A DNA stretch of 64,000 nucleotides. Source: a virus. The notes under the pieces are model-generated. The model searched no databases and was not told the origin of the DNA. It saw only the letters and a program-made list of their open reading frames with translations. Location: positions 51,872 to 115,871 of the IMG/VR virus record IMGVR_UViG_3300037502_002145. One strand, given 5' to 3'. The translations under genes were made by a program, and so were the position numbers. This document shows, in pieces, positions 53,026 through 62,433 of this stretch (the first letter of the stretch is position 1; every line of letters begins with the position of its first letter).

Positions 53026-53238
53026 ATGATTCGATTAATAGGAAATCATGGTTGTTCAAGATGTGAAATGACAAAGAAAATATTAGAAAATAAAGGTATT
53101 GAGTATACATACGAATATCTATCTAATCTTTCAGAAGCTGAACAAACAGATATTATGGAAATGGCAAAAGAAAAGGGAATGATGGCTATGCCAATGATAC
53201 TCAGAGACAATAAACTAATTGACATGAAGGAGATATAA
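53026..53238 (+). CDS. glutaredoxin/NrdH-like redoxin
   Basis: CSRC motif, L..KGIEY, MPMI. Confidence 0.8.
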   Translation: MIRLIGNHGCSRCEMTKKILENKGIEYTYEYLSNLSEAEQTDIMEMAKEKGMMAMPMILRDNKLIDMKEI

Positions 53239-53239
53239 T

Positions 53240-55141
53240 ATGTATTTTAAAACAACTTACACAGAAGAATTTGATGATTTATATATGCACTTAAAAGCAA
53301 AATATCCACAAAAATTATTTGATCTTGATGGTATTGGTAAACAGTTAGATATGTCTGAATTTAGTAAGAACTTTTTTGCATCAAGTGTAACGGCAGATGC
53401 AAGTATAGACGCTAATGCTAACGTAGATGATGTGTCCGTTATCGCTTACAACACTGAATTACCTAAGCCATTTTTTAAGATCAACAGTTACTACGTATTA
53501 TGGAAAGAATTAAGAAGATTATATGGGTTAGAAGTAGCCAATAACATAGTTGAATTACAATTAACTGGGGGTATTTACATACATGATTTTCATGGAGTAG
53601 GAGCTGGTATGCCGTATTGTTTTAATTATTCTACATACGACATAATGACCAAAGGACTCCCTATGGTTAAAAAAGTTAAATCGTTACCACCTAAGCACCT
53701 ATATGCATTCAAATCACAACTAGAACAATTTACCGTTATTGCATCAAATTCAACATTAGGAGCTACTGGATTAGCAGATTTATTGGTTGTAATGAGTTAC
53801 TACGTTAATAACATACTAAAAAGCAAAACAGACGCACACTTTAAGTTTGAAACAGAAGAAGATTGCTGGATTTATGTAAAAGAGAACATTATTTCTTTTA
53901 TTTATACAATTAACCAACCAATGAGAGCAAATCAATCCCCATTTACAAACATCAGCATTTATGATGAATATTTTTTAGATAAGTTATGTGATGATTATCT
54001 TTTTCCAGACGGTTCAAATCCTAATAAAGAGATAGTAAAAAACCTACAGAAAATATATTTAGATATTATGAATGATGAATTACGTAGAACTCCGCTAACT
54101 TTTCCTGTGACAACGGCTTGTTTTTCAATTGATAGTGAAAATAACATAAAAGATGAAGCATTTTTAAGGTTTATTGCTGAACAAAATAAGGAATATGGGT
54201 TTATCAATATATATTGTGGCGACAGTTCAACGCTTTCAAGTTGCTGTAGGTTAAGATCAGAACAGAAATCAGAATACTTTAATTCATTTGGTAGTGGTTC
54301 AAGTAAAATTGGTAGCCTTGGAGTGTGTTCAATAAATTTCCCAAGATTAGCTATTCAGTTCCCTAATAGAGAAGACTTTTTACAACAACTAGTAAAAATG
54401 GTAGAAGTCTGTGCGAAAGTTAATAATGCAAAAAGGCACATAATCGAAAAGAGAATTAAAAATGGGAATGAGCCACTATACACGTTAGGATATATGGAAT
54501 TGTCAAAACAGTATTCAACGGTGGGGGTCAACGGTTTTAATGAATGTATTGAGATTTTAGGGGAAGATATACTAGAAGAAAATGGTCAAAATCTTGCTAT
54601 CGAAATATTAGATACAATTAATTTAACCAACACAAAGTTCCAAAAGCAATATAATGCGCCACACAATTGTGAACAAGTACCGGCAGAAGGTTTGTCAGTT
54701 AAATTAGCAGACAAAGATAAACTGCTTGGATATCAACATGATTATGACATTTATAGTAATCAATTTATTCCTCTAGTAACAAATGCAGATATGTTAGATA
54801 GAATTAAATTACAAGGGATGTTTGATAAACATTTCTCAGGTGGAGCAATATGTCACTTAAATGTTGATTCTAAAATTGAGAAAACTGAAGACATAATGGA
54901 TCTAATTCGTATTACTGCAAAGATGGGCGTTGTTTATCATGCTATCAATTATGTATTAGAAGAATGTGAAGATGGTCATATGAGCGTAGGAAATGGCGAA
55001 GTATGCTCAATATGTGGAAAACCAATTATTAATAAATACACTCGTGTTGTTGGATTCCTTACTAATGTAAAGAATTGGAATAAAACACGTAGAGAAAAAG
55101 ATTTTCCTAACCGTCAATTTTACGGCGGAGTACAAGTGTAA
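53240..55141 (+). CDS. nrdD: anaerobic (class III) ribonucleoside-triphosphate reductase
   Basis: YIHD, PYC, TFPV, SSCCRL, GSLGVCSIN, PAE, SGG, RVVGF glycyl-radical motif. Confidence 0.95.
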   Translation: MYFKTTYTEEFDDLYMHLKAKYPQKLFDLDGIGKQLDMSEFSKNFFASSVTADASIDANANVDDVSVIAYNTELPKPFFKINSYYVLWKELRRLYGLEVANNIVELQLTGGIYIHDFHGVGAGMPYCFNYSTYDIMTKGLPMVKKVKSLPPKHLYAFKSQLEQFTVIASNSTLGATGLADLLVVMSYYVNNILKSKTDAHFKFETEEDCWIYVKENIISFIYTINQPMRANQSPFTNISIYDEYFLDKLCDDYLFPDGSNPNKEIVKNLQKIYLDIMNDELRRTPLTFPVTTACFSIDSENNIKDEAFLRFIAEQNKEYGFINIYCGDSSTLSSCCRLRSEQKSEYFNSFGSGSSKIGSLGVCSINFPRLAIQFPNREDFLQQLVKMVEVCAKVNNAKRHIIEKRIKNGNEPLYTLGYMELSKQYSTVGVNGFNECIEILGEDILEENGQNLAIEILDTINLTNTKFQKQYNAPHNCEQVPAEGLSVKLADKDKLLGYQHDYDIYSNQFIPLVTNADMLDRIKLQGMFDKHFSGGAICHLNVDSKIEKTEDIMDLIRITAKMGVVYHAINYVLEECEDGHMSVGNGEVCSICGKPIINKYTRVVGFLTNVKNWNKTRREKDFPNRQFYGGVQV

Positions 55142-55602
55142 TGAATATTCTAAGTACACAATACACCCTTGCAACAAAATCATTAGATATATACGTGGCT
55201 GGTTGCAAGGGGCAGCCACACTGTAAAAACTGTCATAATCCTGAAAGCTGGTGCTTTGACAATGGAAAACCGTATATACCATTCTTCCATAAACACATAA
55301 AAAATAAACTGATTGAGTTTGATATTGCAATAGAAAATATAATGGTTTTTGGTGGTGAACCATTAGACCAAACATACGAAGATATTTTAACCTTACTTAT
55401 GAGATTGAGTGATTATAATAAATCAATTTGGTTATTTACGAGATACGAATTAAATGAAGTACCCGAAGAAATAAAAGGAATATGCGATTACATAAAGTGT
55501 GGTAGATACAGAGAAGATTTAAAGTGTGAAAATAACATAAGTTATGGTATAAAACTTGCTACAAGTAATCAAAAAGTATTTAAAAGAGGAATAGACTACT
55601 AA
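55141..55602 (+). CDS. nrdG: NrdD activating radical-SAM enzyme
   Basis: GC...HC..CHNPESW, GGEPL, KCGRY, SNQ. Confidence 0.9.
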   Translation: MNILSTQYTLATKSLDIYVAGCKGQPHCKNCHNPESWCFDNGKPYIPFFHKHIKNKLIEFDIAIENIMVFGGEPLDQTYEDILTLLMRLSDYNKSIWLFTRYELNEVPEEIKGICDYIKCGRYREDLKCENNISYGIKLATSNQKVFKRGIDY

Positions 55603-55625
55603 TTGTAGTGTAACACTAATTATAA

Positions 55626-55673
55626 ACACTATATATAGTGGTATACGCTTAACACAACCACTATATATAGTAA
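55626..55673. promoter_or_regulatory. tandem NrdR boxes (32-bp spacing)
   Basis: ACACTATATATAGTGG and CCACTATATATAGTAA, downstream of nrdG and upstream of the dUTPase cluster. Confidence 0.75.
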
Positions 55674-55721
55674 ATATTTGTAAATAAAACAGCTATTTTA
55701 TTAAGAGAGAAAGGAGTGTTT

Positions 55722-56907
55722 ATGAAAAACGAAGAAAGATATATAAAATCTTCAGACAGAGGCGAATTTAAGTATGAAGTATTAGAAGCAGATGAATGGA
55801 CTGGAAGAATTGTATTAGAAGAGTGTATTTATAACGATAAATCAGTGGGTACAATAAGAAATAATTGTGGTGAATATGAAATAGAAATAGACAATCTTAT
55901 AAATGATCCTGTTTATATTTTTGAAACTAGATCATCTCGAAAATTAGCTAGACAATTATTAGAGCGAATTATTAATAACGATATTTCTAATAATGGGAAG
56001 AACAATAAATATAAATAAAAGTATATTTTTATTAGGTAAAAAGAAAGGAGAATTAATCATGAGAATTAAATTAGTTTATGAATCAAATTTATGTTGGGTT
56101 ACATCAAGAATTGTAGAGGTTCAATCCAACATCTCAGATGAAGATATTAAAGCTTTGTTTGAATTAAATCTAGGCGTTAAATACGACGATAACACCTGTT
56201 ATTGGGTTGTATTAGATGAAACTGTAACTGAAAAAGAAATGTTAGCTTATACAGAATAGGAGGATTATATGCCAAGAGGACGTAAATCAGAAGAAACAAA
56301 TAATGGTGTACTAAACTTAATTGCACTAGATGAAAACTTAATTGAAGATAACACCAAAACGCCTAATATACAGATTGATGATTGTGGTGGAATTTCGGTT
56401 GACAAGAATGGTAATTGGGAGTTAGTTAAAATTGATCAGACTACTGTTACAGAGGATAATATTAAAACTGCTACAAATTCATTTGGTGATAAATACACCA
56501 TAGGAGATACATATCAACAATGGTCATCAATGGGTAAATACTTAGATTCTTATGTAAGTGCAGTTGAAACATATGCAAAGTTAAGATTCTTAGATGAAGT
56601 AAGCAAATTAAAATATTGTAGAGATATTTCAAAGCTTGTCGAAATTCAAACTGAGATTAAGGATTCTATTAGTAAATTTGCAGTAGAAAACGTTGTACCA
56701 CAGATTGTTAAAGATATTGGATTATCTATGAATCAGCTACAATCAATTAAGAAAGACATCGCTGAACTACAAGAATTAAAGAAAACAATGATCGAAGATT
56801 GCAATGAATTTATGAATGTAGTTGCAGAGAAACGAAATACGATGATAGCCAAAGGCATTATTGAGCAGAAGAAAACCAAACATAGAATCAAGGAGGAAGA
56901 GCAATGA
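55722..56907 (+). other. hypothetical ORFs (55722-56018, 56059-56259, 56269-56907)
   Basis: RBS-led ORFs. Confidence 0.6.
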
Positions 56908-57419
56908 AAATAGGAGAAAATGATTTAGTATTCGCAAAGATTAAGAATGGGGCTATTATCCCAAGCAAGAGAGAAGAAGACGCTGGTTATGATGTATTTG
57001 CTTGTTTCGATGAAGATTTTATGTATTTTAAACCACATCAAACAAGGCTAGTTCCTACGGGTATAGCAAGTGCGTTAAATCCTAAGTATTATATACAAAT
57101 AGAGGAACGTGGTTCTACTGGAAGCAAGGGCATTAAGAAATCGGCAGGTATCATAGACTCAGGATATAGGGGAGAGTGGTTCATTGCTATCACAAATGTA
57201 AATGACGTACCGATGATAATAGCTAAAGATACCGTAACCAATAAAGACATATTTGGTGATATTAATATGAATCATATTATTTACCCATACAACAAGGCAA
57301 TTGCTCAAGCCATAGTACATGAAGTGCATATAATGAATATCACAGAACTATCATATCAAGAATTATTGTTAATAGAATCTGAACGTGGAACTGGTTCATT
57401 AGGAAGTAGTAAAAAATAA
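56904..57419 (+). CDS. dut: trimeric dUTPase
   Basis: DAGYD, RGS.G, GIIDSGYRGE, IAQ, RGTGSLGSS. Confidence 0.9.
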   Translation: MKIGENDLVFAKIKNGAIIPSKREEDAGYDVFACFDEDFMYFKPHQTRLVPTGIASALNPKYYIQIEERGSTGSKGIKKSAGIIDSGYRGEWFIAITNVNDVPMIIAKDTVTNKDIFGDINMNHIIYPYNKAIAQAIVHEVHIMNITELSYQELLLIESERGTGSLGSSKK

Positions 57420-57570
57420 TATATTTTAACAAAATAAATATAAAACTATATTGACAACCGTTTTGTGGTGTGATAGAATTAGTTAACAGCAAAGGTAATG
57501 GCTAGAAACTAAGGAATATCGCACCATTTTATTGCAAGGAGATTAATATAAAACAGAAAGGAGAATAGCA

Positions 57571-57906
57571 ATGTTTAAGAAGAAAGTTAAAGAAGTAATC
57601 GTCACAGAAGATAAGCTACCAGAAGGCACGGATGAAGTAGTGAGGATACGTGATATTATTATACCGCCAGAATATCATAAGCATAAAGTAAGTTGGTATA
57701 AGATCAAGAAAGCAATTGATTACTATAATGAGAATGGGGCATTTGACAAGCCTATTAGTATTATGGTTGAGATTACAAGAAACGATAGTTTAAATGGTAA
57801 TAAGCCAAATAAGTTACATTTAGTAGATGAGTATTCAAGATACATAGCTGCTAAATATTATCTTGGATTAAAAACTATTCCAGTTACATACATAAGTATT
57901 GATTAA
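57571..57906 (+). CDS. ParB-like domain hypothetical protein
   Basis: IRDIIIP, KPI, LVDEYSRYIAAK..G...IPV. Confidence 0.4.
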   Translation: MFKKKVKEVIVTEDKLPEGTDEVVRIRDIIIPPEYHKHKVSWYKIKKAIDYYNENGAFDKPISIMVEITRNDSLNGNKPNKLHLVDEYSRYIAAKYYLGLKTIPVTYISID

Positions 57907-57953
57907 GGATATTAATATAAAACATAAAATCAAAGTTTGATTAAGAAGCACTG

Positions 57954-58508
57954 TTGGTAACAAGTGGTCTAATTAAAAAAGGAGTGATAAAGATTGATAG
58001 CTTAGAATTAGCTAAAGAATTTGGTAGAAATCACAAAGATGTTTTAGAGAGTATATCCAATTTTTTGAAGAGAAATAAAGAATATGAAGAACATTTTGTT
58101 ATTGGTCAATATAAAGCTAGTAATGGGAAACATAATAAGCGATATATAATGAGTGATATTGCTTACAACATTATGAGTGAAAAATTTAAATATAATATTA
58201 GATCACAAAGGCTAGAATACATATTTGGCAATGAAATATATGATTATTTTTCTAAATTAGGCTATACTATCGAAACACAAAAACTAGTTTGTAATAAATA
58301 TAAAGTAGATTTCTACATAGAATCACTTAATTTAGTGATTGAATACGATGAGGAACACCATAAAATTAAAGATAATAATAAAAATGACAAGTTAAGACAA
58401 AAAACAATAGAAAAAGAACTAAAGTGTAGTTTTATAAGAATACCAGAAACTATTAGTATTGGTGAAGCAATAGGTATAATAACTAAATACATATTAAAAA
58501 TTGCATAA
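57954..58508 (+). CDS. Rha family regulator fused to a DUF559-like endonuclease domain
   Basis: DSLELAKEFGRNHKDVL; YKVDFY...VIEYDEEHH...D..RQ..I; the real start may be ATT 57993. Confidence 0.75.
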   Translation: MVTSGLIKKGVIKIDSLELAKEFGRNHKDVLESISNFLKRNKEYEEHFVIGQYKASNGKHNKRYIMSDIAYNIMSEKFKYNIRSQRLEYIFGNEIYDYFSKLGYTIETQKLVCNKYKVDFYIESLNLVIEYDEEHHKIKDNNKNDKLRQKTIEKELKCSFIRIPETISIGEAIGIITKYILKIA

Positions 58509-58559
58509 TAAAAGGTGCATTTTATTGATATTAATTAAGAAAGAAGAGAGGTAAGATAT

Positions 58560-59681
58560 ATGAGCGAATGCTATGAATTAACACTAACACAGAACTATGT
58601 TTCTGATTGGAATTTCTGTGATGCAATTAGGGAGCTTATCCAAAATGGAACAGATCAAGAAATATTGGATAATGAAAATAAGTTTTCGATTAATTATGAT
58701 AAAAAGTCAGAAACATTAAGATTGATAAACACTAAATCAAAGCTAAAAATTAACACTTTGCTTTTAGGTAAGAGTAGCAAAAGTAATAATGAGGATACTG
58801 TTGGTCAATTTGGAGAGGGATATAAAATAGCAGCACTTGTTTTAAACAGATTAGGAAAAACGTTTACTATTTATAATAATGAAAAGAATGAAATATGGAC
58901 ATCGAGATTTAAAGATAGTAAGAAATGGCTAGACAAAATTTTGGTATTTGATGTGGAAGAACATATAACTGATGATGTCGGATTAGTTATTGAAGTGGGC
59001 AATGTAACATATAAAGACAATAATGACATTTATGATATATGGCTTGGGTTTTATGAGGTTGAAAAAATTGAAACTACATATGGTGATATTTTAACGGAGG
59101 AAGAATTCAAGGATCAGATTTTTGTAAACGGACTAAAAGTTGCTTGTAATGAAGATATGGAATATGGATATAACTTCAAGCCAAGGTATATTAAGCTCGA
59201 GAGAGACAGAAAGACTTGCGATGGATGGCAAGCAAGAGATACTACTTCATTAATGATTGCAGAAGCAATGGTTCAAGGTAAACTTGAAATAGAAACAGTT
59301 AAACGACTAGTCGAAAAAAATACTGACGATGTGTACAACTTAGAATTTAACGGATATACAAAAGATGTAAAAGAGGTAAAAAAGATGCTTATTAGTGAAT
59401 TTGATAAGCAATACACTGCTCCATTTTCAATACCTGTACAATCACAAGAAGACATAAATAAAGTTAAAGCATATGGTGGAAACCCAGTAATTGTACCACA
59501 CAAAGTTGCATCATTACTAAAAGAAGAATCTGCTAACAGAATTAGGGATTTAATAGCTTTACCAACTGAAAAAACATTAACTTTAAGAGAAAAATTTCAA
59601 AGATGGTATGATATTTATGCCAACAAACTTGAAGAAGAACCAAAGAAAGATTTATCAAATTTAATTAATGAATTAATGTAA
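58560..59681 (+). CDS. GHKL/HATPase-like ATP-binding protein
   Basis: AIRELIQNG.D, LLLG.SSK, GQFGEGYK. Confidence 0.7.
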   Translation: MSECYELTLTQNYVSDWNFCDAIRELIQNGTDQEILDNENKFSINYDKKSETLRLINTKSKLKINTLLLGKSSKSNNEDTVGQFGEGYKIAALVLNRLGKTFTIYNNEKNEIWTSRFKDSKKWLDKILVFDVEEHITDDVGLVIEVGNVTYKDNNDIYDIWLGFYEVEKIETTYGDILTEEEFKDQIFVNGLKVACNEDMEYGYNFKPRYIKLERDRKTCDGWQARDTTSLMIAEAMVQGKLEIETVKRLVEKNTDDVYNLEFNGYTKDVKEVKKMLISEFDKQYTAPFSIPVQSQEDINKVKAYGGNPVIVPHKVASLLKEESANRIRDLIALPTEKTLTLREKFQRWYDIYANKLEEEPKKDLSNLINELM

Positions 59682-59730
59682 GGTTTATAAAAGATGTATT
59701 TTAACAGGGTAAGAAAGGAGTCAATACAAA

Positions 59731-61066
59731 ATGGGAAAGATTTTGTCTAAAAAAGATTTACAATATGGCTGTTTTTTGGCAGGTTATAATTGCGTGAAAT
59801 GTGGCAAAACAGTAATAGTAAAAAATTTTAGCTGGGGAACTGATAAACTTGGATTTGGTGACACAGATGGAATTTCATTTGAATTAGACAAATTAATGAA
59901 GAAAAAAGAAATCAATTATTGTTGCAAATGTGGGTCTGAATTATAAAATCTAAATATCATAGTGAATTGAATTAGGATTTTATTAAGAAAGGAGTGGGAT
60001 AATGAACGAGATAGAGATTGATAATTTAATTTTAGAACTTAGTAGATTATGTTTTACAGTGTCAGCAGGAACGTATTATTCAGAGACATGTTTAGAATTG
60101 GATGATGTAATTGAATTACTTAAAGAAAAATTACTTAAAACTTAAGATAATAGGTAGTTTGATTTACAACAGACTAATAAAACAGTAAAGGAGTGGTTAC
60201 ATATGATTGAAATGTATGAGAAAGCCACTGGTAGAAAAGTGATTATATATGACATAACAGAAGATGGTCACGGTTATGCTAAATTCTTAGTACGTAAAAA
60301 TGGTGCATGGGTTTGGAGAAGTGCTAAACATTATATTCCGGTTGAAGAAAATTTGATATAGAAAGGAGAATTATATTGGATAAATATTTAATTTTTATTG
60401 AAACAGGAGGTTCACAAGGAGATTATAAGATTAGTTATTCTCACTACTATATATGTGAAGGAACAACTGAGGAAGAGGCTGTAATCAATTGGTATAACAA
60501 AGTAAATAATTACATGAAAGAACTTTATAAGACCGATCAGTATAAAAATTACAAATATAACCAAACAAAGCCAAAATTAACTTGTGAAAATGGAGTTTGG
60601 AGAGAAAGTGGTTATATTTTACAAGTAATAAAGTTAAAAGAATTTGAAGATAATGGAGTTTGGAAAAAGCTTAAATGGATATAAATGTGTTATTTTATTA
60701 AGAAAGGACGTGTATAAATGATAATCAAACGCAACTGGAAAAAGCAAAAGGGATTCAGAACTTATTATTATACCGGCTATTTCCTGTTTGGGATTATACC
60801 ATTGTTCATTGTTAGCGATTATATAGCATAAGGATATTAATATAATACTGAAAGGAAATGAAGATATGACTAAAACAACAAGATTATGTAACAAATGCGG
60901 AAGAGAAATTGAGAGTTTTAATGATTTTACTTTAATCTATCAGTTTGGCTATGAATCTAAGTTTGATGGTGATTATTTAAATCTCGATTTATGTGGTTGT
61001 TGCTTGGATGAATTTGTGGATCACCTAATTGCAACGTGTCAAATAAAGCCTGTAATTGAAAATTAA
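59731..61066 (+). other. small hypothetical ORFs (59731-59946, 60376-60684, 60866-61066 and shorter ones)
   Basis: RBS-led ORFs, some with CxxC pairs, several separated by motif-B sites. Confidence 0.55.
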
Positions 61067-61112
61067 TACATAACAACACTAATATAAAACTATAAACAAT
61101 TTAAGGAGAAAA

Positions 61113-61790
61113 GTGATGATAAAAAGAATGCTAAGTATCGTGCTGATTATAGCTGGTACGACAACACTTCTTATCTCATGGAAGACTCACACTACTGTGT
61201 CTTCGGCTAATGAGAGTAGAAGACCAGTAATACAAGGAGAAAGATATTACAATATCGAAGAAACAAAAGAGGAATTAGTATTAAGCAGCATGGAAGAAGA
61301 TATTACATATACAGTCGGCGAAAGAGAAGTAGTCGGCTTAACGGTTAGTAAGTTGAAGGTTGAGAAAAAAGAACCAGAACCATTATACGATTTTACGGAT
61401 GAAGAAATTGCTATATTGGAACGTATAACTGAAGCAGAATGTGAAGGTAAAGATGTTGACTCTAAAAAGAACGTTGCCAGTGTAATAATCAATAGAGTAA
61501 ATAGTGATAATTTTCCATCCACTGTTGAAAAAGTGGTGTTTCAGAAAAAGCCGTCGATTCAGTTTGCACCAACTGAAGATAAAAGATATTACAAAGTTGA
61601 GATTACTCAAGAAACAAAAGATGCAGTTAAAACAGTTTTGCATGATGGGGTTACTACTGAAGCTACTTATTTTACCAACATGGATAATGTTACATCTCCA
61701 AAGTTAAAGCGATGGTTTAAAAATAGCTTAGAGTTCTTATTTAAAGATGACGCAAATCATAGTTTTTTTATCGAGAAGGATGGTGATTAA
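61113..61790 (+). CDS. SleB-like cell wall hydrolase (Hydrolase_2) with signal anchor
   Basis: LERITEAE, VASVIINRV.S..FP.TV..VVFQ, QF, H.FF. Confidence 0.85.
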   Translation: MMIKRMLSIVLIIAGTTTLLISWKTHTTVSSANESRRPVIQGERYYNIEETKEELVLSSMEEDITYTVGEREVVGLTVSKLKVEKKEPEPLYDFTDEEIAILERITEAECEGKDVDSKKNVASVIINRVNSDNFPSTVEKVVFQKKPSIQFAPTEDKRYYKVEITQETKDAVKTVLHDGVTTEATYFTNMDNVTSPKLKRWFKNSLEFLFKDDANHSFFIEKDGD

Positions 61791-61939
61791 TTGTACGAAG
61801 TACCAGATAACCATTACATATTAGATGCATACGAAAGAGAAGAGGAAAGATTGCAACGGCGCAGAGAAAGAGAAGAGTCTGAAGAAGATATAGAAGTTGA
61901 GGAATTACCTTATTATATAGAAGTTGAGGAGGTGGAAGA

Positions 61940-62421
61940 ATGACAATTGGATGGATAATATTTGTAGCTGTAATTTTAGTTTTACTGGTGGTTATTCCAA
62001 CTATGAGAATGAGTAGTATGTGTAGTCGAGAAGAAGAAAGAAATGCTAATCCGTATGATACGTATACTGTTGGTCATTGCGAGAGATTACATAAAATAGC
62101 AAATAAGTCTGTTGTTATCGATAATGGACATATAACTGAATTTGTTGAAGAAAAGGAGAACGAATAATGTTAATACAAAAAATAATGAAAGCAATTGAAT
62201 ACGAGCAATTAAAGATTGATATATTTAGCGACGAGGTGATATTCCTTTTGTGGGATGGTGAACTACCTATTGTATATGATATTAAAGATAAGACAATTGC
62301 AGTAAGCACTGAATATGCAAATGGCAGTATTGACCTTACAAGTGAAGATGTTGAAATTTTAAGCAACGTTATGAAGATATTAGAAGAACATAAAGAAGAA
62401 ATTGCTAGTTGGTTTGAGTAG
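61940..62421 (+). other. two hypothetical ORFs (61940-62167 membrane-anchored, 62167-62421)
   Basis: Coupled ORFs with RBS. Confidence 0.55.
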
Positions 62422-62433
62422 GAGGATGACGGA

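Larger units (their letters stand above)
9273..60698. repeat. dispersed 18-bp inverted-repeat site ATRAAA-N6-TTTYAT at about 35 gene boundaries (motif B)
   Basis: Perfect copies at 17069, 17941, 29293, 29777, 31267, 34448, 51353, 55684, 56015, 58508, plus about 25 copies with 1-2 mismatches. Confidence 0.8.
498..61090. promoter_or_regulatory. dispersed asymmetric operator-like motif A (core AATATAAAAC, extended AAGGAnAwTAATATAAAAC)
   Basis: 29 exact cores counted: 24 on the plus strand (8395-61081) and 5 on the minus strand (498, 786, 2362, 2415, 6912); often just upstream of a TTGACA. Confidence 0.8.

Noticed and set aside
42399-55141. Introns or inteins in dnaE and nrdD
   Set aside because: Both frames are continuous and of ordinary length, with no intein motifs seen
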